Origin: Candidatus Saccharimonadota bacterium
Lineage (GTDB): Bacteria; Patescibacteriota; Microgenomatia; UBA1406; GWC2-37-13
Length of the DNA: 32,000 bases
Assembly: GCA_001790095.1 (NCBI GenBank)
Contig: MGBH01000001.1
Location: 1,050,001 to 1,082,000, forward strand
Direction of reading: 5' to 3'
Under the pieces are notes generated by a model that saw only the letters and a program-made list of their open reading frames with translations, did no database searches and was not told where the DNA came from. This document shows positions 1 to 5,977 of this stretch, in pieces. A program made the position numbers and the translations under genes. Numbering within the stretch: position 1 is the first letter of the stretch; the number at the start of each line of letters is the position of its first letter.

Positions 1-447
1 GGAATCAGAAAGGAAGTTTATGATTTTGTAAAAAATCGAAGCGGTAGTCTTTTTGAAAAACGAATCTACGTCTCTTTTTTCACGGCGTGCATATACGATT
101 TTGGATCCTTTTTCCCATTCCTCAACCATCTGGGGAATGATCTCAGGCGGGTCTTGCAGGTCAGAATCGATTGTGACCACGCAGTTGCCATGAGCGTGTT
201 TATAACCGGCAGACAATGCCATCTGATGACCAAAGTTGCGGTAAAAAGAGATGAGCTTAATGTTTTTATCATTTTCACCCGCTTCTTTTATAGTCTTTGC
301 CGTTTTATCTGATGATCCATCATTTACAAAGATGATTTCGAAGTTGTATGTGCGGACAATGGGAAGAACGCGGTCAAGAAGAGGTTTTATGTTTTTTTCC
401 TCGTTAAAAACAGGAATGATGACAGAAAGTAAAAAATTATTTTGCAT
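1..447 (-). CDS. Family 2 glycosyltransferase (polyprenyl-phosphate sugar transferase-like), C-terminus off the left edge
   Basis: Absent from the ORF track because it runs off the window. My translation from ATG at 447 gives MQNNFLLSVIIPVFNEEKNIKPLLDRV..IIFVNDGSSDKT..NFGHQMALSAGY..VTIDSDLQDPPE..KIVYARR, a typical GT-A/GT2 N-terminal half with a DxD-type DSD motif. Confidence 0.85.
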   Translation of the reverse strand, partial: MQNNFLLSVIIPVFNEEKNIKPLLDRVLPIVRTYNFEIIFVNDGSSDKTAKTIKEAGENDKNIKLISFYRNFGHQMALSAGYKHAHGNCVVTIDSDLQDPPEIIPQMVEEWEKGSKIVYARREKRDVDSFFKKTTASIFYKIINFLSDS

Positions 448-485
448 TTCTAATAGCTAAAAGCTAACGATTTAAAACCAATTTG

Positions 486-556
486 TTACGGGGCCAGGAG
501 TCGAACCATGGTCTAGGAGATTATGAGCCTCCTGTGCAGCCGTACACTACCCCGTA
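486..556 (-). tRNA. tRNA with CAT anticodon (elongator Met or Ile2, not initiator-like)
   Basis: Reverse strand reads TACGGGG-TA-GTGT-ACGGCT-GCAC-A-GGAGG-CTCATAA-TCTCC-TAGAC-CATGG-TTCGACT-CCTGG-CCCCGTA-A. It has a perfect 7-bp acceptor, a CUCAUAA anticodon loop and a TTCGACT T-loop. No CCA is encoded. The T-stem is imperfect (see findings). It lacks the three G-C pairs at the base of the anticodon stem expected of an initiator. Confidence 0.75.
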
Positions 557-590
557 TTTAAGCTATCTTATTATACTCAGTTCAAAGAAG

Positions 591-932
591 CTAATCAACC
601 TGAAAAAATACATTCAACCATTGGCGATAGACAGGCAGGGCTGGGGTGATGATGGGTGTTGGTGAGGGTGAGGGAAGGGGGATTATGATTGCGATTTCAT
701 CGGGTCTAAGGAGTCCTAATTTGTTTCGAATTGTTTTTTCTACCTCATAGACGCTTGTTTTACGAAGTTTTTGGGTTTTAAGAGCTATGTTTTTTTTCTC
801 TTCTGAGGCGACTTCTTCTTTATAGCTTTTATAAAAGGATAGGTTTTTTCGAAAGCCGGTCAAATTTTTATAAAGAGAAAGCATAAGAAATAAAAAAAGA
901 AAAGCAAAGAATAAGCGCTTTAGTAGCCACAT
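591..932 (-). CDS. Small membrane-anchored coiled-coil protein, septum-formation-initiator (FtsB/DivIC)-like
   Basis: 113 aa with an N-terminal TM helix (LFFAFLFLFLMLSLY), a charged coiled-coil stretch and a Pro-rich tail. Size and layout fit FtsB/DivIC. No diagnostic motif. Confidence 0.45.
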   Translation of the reverse strand: MWLLKRLFFAFLFLFLMLSLYKNLTGFRKNLSFYKSYKEEVASEEKKNIALKTQKLRKTSVYEVEKTIRNKLGLLRPDEIAIIIPLPSPSPTPIITPALPVYRQWLNVFFQVD

Positions 933-948
933 AATAGAAAGTATAACA

Positions 949-1392
949 TCATTCCCTCTTCATGTTTTGCAGCGTCTTTATGATGCGAGAAGAGTCGGCC
1001 TTTGTTTTAAGTTCTTTTATACATATACCAATGAGAGCTTTGGGGCTAGTCGCATAGAGATCTTTATTTTTCTCAACGACCGTTTCAACTTCTTTTTTCA
1101 ACTCCTCATCTGTCAGCTCAAGGGGAAGATAGGTAAGGACGATCGCAAGCTGTTTTTGATACTCTGTCACAAGATCGAGTCTTTTGCCCTGTGCAAAAGA
1201 CTGTATTGATTCGTTAAGCTCTTTCTTTATTTTTTGAAGAACAGATATGGCTTCTTCATCGGTCAGTTCGCGCTGGAGTGCTATTTCTTTATTCTTAACC
1301 TGTGATACAATGTATCTGATCGTATCAAGCTTGATTTGGTCTTTTGCTTTTTGAGCAGTTAACTGATCAGCTTGTAATTTTTGTTTTATCAT
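949..1392 (-). CDS. GatB/YqeY domain-containing protein
   Basis: 147 aa. LKxAxKxxDxxxLxTIRxIxSQVKNKEI .. EEAISVLQK .. ELxxYLP fits the YqeY family pattern as I know it. Confidence 0.8.
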   Translation of the reverse strand: MIKQKLQADQLTAQKAKDQIKLDTIRYIVSQVKNKEIALQRELTDEEAISVLQKIKKELNESIQSFAQGKRLDLVTEYQKQLAIVLTYLPLELTDEELKKEVETVVEKNKDLYATSPKALIGICIKELKTKADSSRIIKTLQNMKRE

Positions 1393-1408
1393 TCCATAAT
1401 TATATCCT

Positions 1409-1813
1409 ATGAAAAAAAAGATTCAACGAGACGCACTTGTGCTTCTGGGGATGTTCCAAAAAGATGTTCTGTTGAAAAAACCAGACATTAAGGAAATGAT
1501 AGCTGAGATACACATGATGAGGTTTAGGGTTAAACCGCTTCAGGGAGACCTCTCTGGTATCAATTTTTATAACAGCCTGTTTATAGAGACCTTGTGGAGT
1601 CTGGGTAAGCTTGATGAGTTTTTTCAGGCACAGTATCGGCAGTTAAGCGAAAAAGAGAGGGCGTCTTTTTATAGCTATTTTGATTCATTGCATAAGAAGT
1701 TCCAGGAAGACCTAAACAGGCTCAATTTAAAACAAGAGCGTCGTGAAGGGAAAGCTCCAGTATTGGAGATGGAGATCTACAAAGACAGGCAGAAAAAGAA
1801 AAAACTTAATTAA
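1409..1813 (+). CDS. Hypothetical protein
   Basis: 134-aa ORF, Lys-rich C-terminus, no motif recognised. It is only 16 nt from the divergent YqeY start. Confidence 0.55.
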   Translation: MKKKIQRDALVLLGMFQKDVLLKKPDIKEMIAEIHMMRFRVKPLQGDLSGINFYNSLFIETLWSLGKLDEFFQAQYRQLSEKERASFYSYFDSLHKKFQEDLNRLNLKQERREGKAPVLEMEIYKDRQKKKKLN

Positions 1814-1830
1814 TAATTAGCCAAACATAC

Positions 1831-2409
1831 GTGAAAAAATTTCCTGTTGTATTTGATTTGGAAACAAAATATACATTTCGCGAATACGCCGAACCGAAAA
1901 AACTGGGAATAACCGTCCTGTCTGTCTATGATTATGCTACAGGAGTAGGTAAAACATATACGGAGGGGGAGCTCGCCATGGTGTTTCCGGTATTTGAGAA
2001 GGCATCGTACCTCATCGGATACAACATAGATAGCTTTGATCTGCCTGTTTTACAGGCATATTATCCCGGTGATATCACCCACTTTGCCACTTTAGACATA
2101 CTAGGATATATAAAGGATAAAATAGGCCGAAGACTTGCTCTAAATGATGTTGCAAGCACCACTCTTGGCGTAAAGAAATCAGGACACGGTCTTATGGCGA
2201 TAGAATACTATAAAGAAGGCAAATGGGAGGAACTGAAAAAATATTGCCTTGATGACACCATGATCACCAAACAGCTCTTTGAATATGGTCTAAAATACAA
2301 GGAGATAAACTATCTAACAGAAAACGGAAAAGCTGTCATACGGGTTGACTGGGGCAAGTATATGGAGGATCAGGGAAAAAACGAAACCGCCATGACCCTG
2401 CCGTTTTAA
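1831..2409 (+). CDS. DEDD-type 3'-5' exonuclease-like (RNase H fold) protein
   Basis: GTG start. Exo motifs VVFDLET (ExoI), GYNIDSFDLPVL (ExoII) and YCLDDT (ExoIII). Confidence 0.65.
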   Translation: MKKFPVVFDLETKYTFREYAEPKKLGITVLSVYDYATGVGKTYTEGELAMVFPVFEKASYLIGYNIDSFDLPVLQAYYPGDITHFATLDILGYIKDKIGRRLALNDVASTTLGVKKSGHGLMAIEYYKEGKWEELKKYCLDDTMITKQLFEYGLKYKEINYLTENGKAVIRVDWGKYMEDQGKNETAMTLPF

Positions 2410-2459
2410 GACCGTTTTTTACGCATTGAAATCCTTGGTTTGATGAGATACCATAAAGT

Positions 2460-3131
2460 ATGGGATACTCAGGTAAACTATTTCTTCATGAAAAAGCGAG
2501 GGAACTTCGACTAAAAGGATACTCAGTCCGCACAATTCAAAAAAAACTTGGTGTAGCAAAATCTTCTGTTTCGCTTTGGGTTCGCAACATTATGTTAAGC
2601 GATAAGCAAACCCAACAGCTCTTAAATAGTAAAAGGGCAGGAGGGAAAAAAGGATCGATCCTTGCTGCAAAAAGAAAAATAATAAATAAGGAAAAGCAGA
2701 TTAAAGAAATAACCCTTAAAGCGAATAAAGAAATTGGGACATTAACACAGAAAGAGAAGTTTTTCTTCGGGCTTGCCCTATATTTTGCAGAAGGCGATAA
2801 AAAAGGTCACAATGTGGCATTTACCAATTCTGACCCAGAAGCTATTAAATTTATGGCAAACTGGTTTAGAGATTTTTGCAAAGTTAAGAGCGATAAAATG
2901 AGGTGTTATATATATTTACACGAGAATTTGGATGAAAAAAACGCAAGGAATTATTGGCTCAAAACAACAAAGATTCCTCTCGATCAGTTTAGAAAAACAT
3001 ATAGAGTTTCAAATACAAAAAAAACATTTCGAAAAACAAAATATATATATGGAATTTGTCGAATTTCAATAAGTGATGTTAATCTATTGAGGCGTATTTT
3101 AGGTTGGATATCCGGAGTCTTTAATGTATAA
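2460..3131 (+). CDS. HTH domain plus LAGLIDADG-like (single-motif) homing-endonuclease-like protein
   Basis: 223 aa. N-terminal helix-turn-helix GYSVRTIQKKLGVAKSSVSLWV. The central GLALYFAEGDKKG..VAFTNSDPEAIKFMANWF resembles a LAGLIDADG motif followed by the usual beta strand and helix. It ends 12 nt before the intron-containing tRNA. Confidence 0.45.
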   Translation: MGYSGKLFLHEKARELRLKGYSVRTIQKKLGVAKSSVSLWVRNIMLSDKQTQQLLNSKRAGGKKGSILAAKRKIINKEKQIKEITLKANKEIGTLTQKEKFFFGLALYFAEGDKKGHNVAFTNSDPEAIKFMANWFRDFCKVKSDKMRCYIYLHENLDEKNARNYWLKTTKIPLDQFRKTYRVSNTKKTFRKTKYIYGICRISISDVNLLRRILGWISGVFNV

Positions 3132-3142
3132 TAATTAACGTT

Positions 3143-3429
3143 TCCCCTGTAGCTCAATTGGTAGAGCAGGTCGCTGTGAAAAGACGCAGCCCTTAGTAGA
3201 AATATTAAGGTGAAAATCGGGCTAATTCGAGGAAGACCTCCGAATCGGAGGTTAATCTCGAGCTAAATTTCGACTAATATCGACTAAACGTGTAGAGACT
3301 ATACACCCGACCCCTCAAGAGTCCTCCGAGTCGGAGGATGAAGTGGGGAAGAAATAGTCCATTCCTTAAAGTAATTTAGGGGTTAATGTAACGACAAGGT
3401 TACTGGTCCGAGTCCAGTCGGGGGAGCCA
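3143..3429 (+). tRNA. tRNA-Asn(GTT) interrupted by a group I intron; CCA encoded
   Basis: Exon 1 is 3143-3177 (TCCCCTG TA GCTC AATTGGTA GAGC A GGTCG CTGT). Exon 2 is 3389-3429 (TAA CGACA AGGTT ACTGG TCCGAGT CCAGT CGGGGGA G CCA). The joined anticodon loop is CU-GUU-AA with discriminator G. The sequence is very close to E. coli tRNA-Asn as I recall it. Confidence 0.85.
3178..3388 (+). ncRNA. Group I (IC3-like) self-splicing intron in the tRNA-Asn anticodon
   Basis: P1: exon GCUGU pairs with GCAGC (3186-3190), giving a U-G wobble at the splice site. The terminal G is at 3388. P2 is CCTTA/TAAGG (3191-3210). P3 is TCGGG (3217-3221) with CCCGA (3306-3310). The core is GTAGAGACT (3292-3300) and ATAGTCCATTCCTTAAAG (3354-3371), like cyanobacterial tRNA-Leu introns. 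No internal ORF. Confidence 0.8.
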
Positions 3430-3433
3430 TAAC

Positions 3434-3452
3434 GTACTTAATATAACCAAAA
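3434..3452 (+). repeat. R-motif copy 1 (GTACTTAATATAACCAAAA), 4 nt after the tRNA-Asn 3' end
   Basis: 18/18 identical to 4474-4491 and 17/18 to 5465-5482. The core TTAATATA.CAAA also occurs at 3998-4016. Inverted copies lie at 5429-5448 and 5874-5893. Confidence 0.85.
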
Positions 3453-3465
3453 TTTATAACGTAAC

Positions 3466-3930
3466 ATGAACTGGAGTTTGATAAGTAATATTATTACTGC
3501 CCTTGGTTTATTTGAAATTATCAAAAGGATTCTATTATATGCAATTGATAATAATCTAATAAAAAGGAATTTGGAAGTAAGAGGTATTGCAGAAAGAGTC
3601 CTAACATGGAGCAGTTGGTTAAAATTAAGAAACTTCGAACGACCCTTACCACCTGCCATTGCCAATCAACTTTATCTTGACATTTTTAAAATAGAAGACG
3701 TAGATAAAGAACTATCACAGGATATCATGCGACTAATTAATTATCCTCAGATGAACTCATTCTTACACAAATCTTTGGACAAACAACCTCAAAACATGGA
3801 CATTATCCAAGACAACTGTGAAAAATGTCATGATATGACCGATAAATTAAATAAGAAATGTAATAAACTGCGCTATCAACCTATTATTGATATTAAAAAA
3901 ATCGTTAAATCACTTAGCTTCAAAACCTAA
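3466..3930 (+). CDS. Hypothetical protein with N-terminal hydrophobic helix (island module A)
   Basis: 154-aa ORF. The ATG is 32 nt after the start of R copy 1. The N-terminus LISNIITALGLF resembles ILTNIITWLLT of the next ORF. Confidence 0.55.
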   Translation: MNWSLISNIITALGLFEIIKRILLYAIDNNLIKRNLEVRGIAERVLTWSSWLKLRNFERPLPPAIANQLYLDIFKIEDVDKELSQDIMRLINYPQMNSFLHKSLDKQPQNMDIIQDNCEKCHDMTDKLNKKCNKLRYQPIIDIKKIVKSLSFKT

Positions 3931-3997
3931 TGCAAATATGGACATAAAAATATTAAAGCAGTTCTGATTTAAGTTATAAGCTCAAAGTTAGAGAAAA

Positions 3998-4016
3998 TTA
4001 ATATACGCAAATTATG
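3998..4016 (+). repeat. R-motif core copy (TTAATATACGCAAATTATG) ending in the start codon of CDS 4014
   Basis: 18/19 identical to 5469-5487 (TTAATATACCCAAATTATG). Confidence 0.75.
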
Positions 4017-4436
4017 ATAAAGCAAATTCTCACAAACATTATTACCTGGCTACTTACAACAGGAGTGTCTAAATTTCTTGGATTGGACAAATTCGCAAAT
4101 CAACGAGGGATGGGTGGGAAAGGAGGTAATGCGTTAGGTATCAAGGGAGGACAAGCTATTGGAGGACGCGGCGGAAGAGGTGGTATAGGTAAGGGCGGTG
4201 ATGGAGGTGGCGCTACATCAATAGGCGAGGGTAGTTTTTCTATGGGTGGAGAGGGGGGCGAGGCAGGACAGAAAAAGCGAGGGGGTAAGGGTGGACGTGG
4301 ACCATTGCACGTTCTTATGGAGGAATATCCTGAGAAATTCAAAGAGATTTCTGAAAAATTTGGAATCACGGAGGATATGGCTAAGAGAGTTGGAAAAGGT
4401 GGAGACGGAGGGGGTCCATCGAAAAAAATTAAATAA
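4014..4436 (+). CDS. Glycine-rich repeat protein with N-terminal hydrophobic helix (island module B)
   Basis: 140 aa. After MIKQILTNIITWLLTTGVSKFLGL comes about 75 aa of GG[KRQD]GG-type repeats (GGKGGNALGIKGGQAIGGRGGRGGIGKGGDGGG..GGEGGEAG..GGKGGRG). A charged helical tail follows, ending in KGGDGGGPSKK. Confidence 0.6.
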   Translation: MIKQILTNIITWLLTTGVSKFLGLDKFANQRGMGGKGGNALGIKGGQAIGGRGGRGGIGKGGDGGGATSIGEGSFSMGGEGGEAGQKKRGGKGGRGPLHVLMEEYPEKFKEISEKFGITEDMAKRVGKGGDGGGPSKKIK

Positions 4437-4473
4437 TAGAGCCCCCTATTTGATCTAACGTGGAAGCAATAAT

Positions 4474-4491
4474 GTACTTAATATAACCAAA
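4474..4491 (+). repeat. R-motif copy 2 (GTACTTAATATAACCAAA)
   Basis: Exact 18-nt repeat of 3434-3451, and the preceding ATAA(C/T) is also shared. It lies 31 nt before the ATG of CDS 4505. Confidence 0.85.
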
Positions 4492-4504
4492 GTCCACTTT
4501 CACT

Positions 4505-5335
4505 ATGAATGCTACTCAAAAAGGTCAATACATAAATAGAGTTGAAGATACTAGTCACATTATAAATGAAATAGACAGCTTACTTCATAATTTATTAAAT
4601 AAGAATAGGCTCAAAGAAGAGTGGCAAAGAATTGAGAAGGGCGATTCTAAGAATATACATCCGTTCGTTATGGCGGCATATAAAGCCCATAAACAAATAC
4701 AGAGTTTTATTGAAAAAAAAGTTTTTGCAGTTACTCCTGAAATACTTGAATTGTATGAACTCGCTGTTAAAGCAAACCGATTAAAAAAAGCCAACGTTAA
4801 GGGATTAGATAGTAGGTTAAACACTCTTATCTCTCAGGATTTAAATAAATACTACGAATCTAAATATCAACTTCAGGTAGGTGAAATGTTGTTAAATAAA
4901 GGTTACAAAATTAATTTTATCGAGGAAGAAATAAAGCAGACACCTGACATACTTGTGACTCAATTTAACGAAAGCTGTGAGATAGAGTGTAAACACAAGA
5001 ATCCAAATGAAATATCAAAAGACTATGTTAAAAGTATTTATAATAGCACTCAAATTGCTCGTAAACAGTTTTCAAAATCATATGCGGGACTTATTACTAT
5101 TGATACAAGCGAAGAGCAGCTAAAAAAATGTTCTCTTGAAGATTTAAAAAAAGTAATAGATATTGCAATGAAAAATAGTAAATCAATTTCTGGTGTTTTA
5201 CTGACTTTCAAGAGTATTGAAGAAGACCAAGATGATTTTATATATAGACACAGAGTTGGAGGTTTTTTTAATAATCCAAATGCACGATACAAAATACCAG
5301 AATGGCTATTTAAAAACCTAATCAACGTTGACTAA
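4505..5335 (+). CDS. Hypothetical protein with C-terminal PD-(D/E)xK nuclease-like motif (island module C)
   Basis: 276 aa. ..YESKYQLQVGEMLL..TPDILVTQFNESCEIECKHK.. gives D-x12-E-x-K in the beta-strand context typical of the restriction-endonuclease fold. The N-terminal half is helical and unassigned. Confidence 0.5.
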   Translation: MNATQKGQYINRVEDTSHIINEIDSLLHNLLNKNRLKEEWQRIEKGDSKNIHPFVMAAYKAHKQIQSFIEKKVFAVTPEILELYELAVKANRLKKANVKGLDSRLNTLISQDLNKYYESKYQLQVGEMLLNKGYKINFIEEEIKQTPDILVTQFNESCEIECKHKNPNEISKDYVKSIYNSTQIARKQFSKSYAGLITIDTSEEQLKKCSLEDLKKVIDIAMKNSKSISGVLLTFKSIEEDQDDFIYRHRVGGFFNNPNARYKIPEWLFKNLINVD

Positions 5336-5364
5336 TTAAATGAACAAACATTCACTTTCTCCAC

Positions 5365-5482
5365 CTCTTCTCGTATCTGCTGAACAAGTTTGAAATCTTC
5401 AAATACCTTAATGATATGCCCTAAATACTTGGTTATATTAAAGCTACGCTTCTCGAGCCAGTTGGTACTTAATATACCCAAA
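5365..5482 (+). repeat. Composite inter-module repeat U3-L3-R3
   Basis: U3 (TTCTCGTATCTGCTGAACAAGTTTGAAATCTTCAAATA) is about 75% identical by eye to 8965-9003. L3 is TTGGTTATATTAAAGCTACG (5429-5448), an inverted copy of R. CTCGAGCCAGTTGG resembles the tRNA-Asn segment TCCGAGTCCAGTCGG. R3 is GTACTTAATATACCCAAA (5465-5482). L3 and R3 can form an imperfect hairpin of about 17 bp. Confidence 0.75.
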
Positions 5483-5516
5483 TTATGTTATTATATTTAT
5501 TGGAGGTGATAATATC

Positions 5517-5774
5517 ATGACAGAAGAAAATGTTGCCATTGGTAAAAAAGAATTGAGGTGTTTGTATTGCGGGAACAATACATTTATCAAAGCAAAAACG
5601 CTCTTAAATAGAAGATTCTTCGCAATATTTGATTTAGAAGTATTTAATATGATGACAAAAAGAGGCTTAGGGATAGCTTATATTTGTACTAAATGTGGTT
5701 ATAAGCATGAATTTTTTAAAGACATGCCAAAAGATAGAGGGGAAAGAGTGAAAGAAATGTTTCAAATTCCATAA
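5517..5774 (+). CDS. Small zinc-ribbon protein (island module D)
   Basis: 85 aa with a strong GGAGGTGAT SD. It has two CxxC pairs (CLYCG .. CTKCG). It is preceded by an 11-codon uORF (5485-5520, MLLYLLEVIIS) whose TGA overlaps this ATG (ATGA). Confidence 0.6.
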   Translation: MTEENVAIGKKELRCLYCGNNTFIKAKTLLNRRFFAIFDLEVFNMMTKRGLGIAYICTKCGYKHEFFKDMPKDRGERVKEMFQIP

Positions 5775-5807
5775 GTAGTAATTAACAGAATTGGTTTAAC
5801 TTTTTCT

Positions 5808-5903
5808 ATTTCATCCCTGATTTGAGCTACAAGCCTAAAGCCGGAGAAAGCCTTGATAATATGTGATTAACTCATGGTTATATTATAGTTACGATTCTCG
5901 AGC
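5808..5903 (+). repeat. Composite inter-module repeat U4-L4
   Basis: TTTGAGCTACAAGCCTAAAGCC (5821-5842) matches TTTGAGCTACAAGACTAAAATC (7052-7073). It ends in L4 ATGGTTATATTATAGTTACG (5874-5893, inverted R) plus TTCTCGAGC, as in U3-L3. Confidence 0.7.
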
Positions 5904-5977
5904 TGCACTAGATTAAGAGCCTCACAGGATTCTATTTTCATGGTTGTGGTAAAATATATTAATATTAATTTAAAACT

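Noticed and set aside
3171-3180. Reading the tRNA 5' half as tRNA-His (CT-GTG-AA contiguous in exon 1)
   Set aside because: No complementary anticodon-stem strand follows directly, and there is no G-1. The P1 pairing and the terminal G of the intron fix the junction at CTGT|TAA. Body and discriminator match Asn.
4090-4300. G-quadruplex-forming tract (GGGATGGGTGGGAAAGGAGG, GGGGGGCGAGG..GGGGGTAAGGGTGG)
   Set aside because: The G-runs are a direct consequence of GGN glycine codons. Only three G3 runs occur in the best segment. I have no evidence for a structural role.
4100-4369. 89-aa Pro-rich ORF on the minus strand
   Set aside because: It is the antisense reading of the GGN-rich Gly-repeat gene (CCN codons). 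The plus-strand ORF has an R-motif-linked ATG, an N-terminal helix and a non-repetitive C-terminal domain, so the minus ORF is a mirror artefact.
5340-5480. U3/L3 and U4/L4 as decayed C-terminal fragments of a minus-strand gene (LEKRSFNITKYLGHIIKVFEDF.. / LENRNYNITMS*)
   Set aside because: The reverse frames lack start codons and carry in-frame stops in U4. The peptide similarity is no more than expected from the DNA similarity. A coding origin therefore cannot be supported.
3434-5482. R-motif copies as a CRISPR array
   Set aside because: The spacing is 0.5-1 kb rather than 25-50 bp. The intervals contain full ORFs. The repeats occur in both orientations. No cas genes are present.
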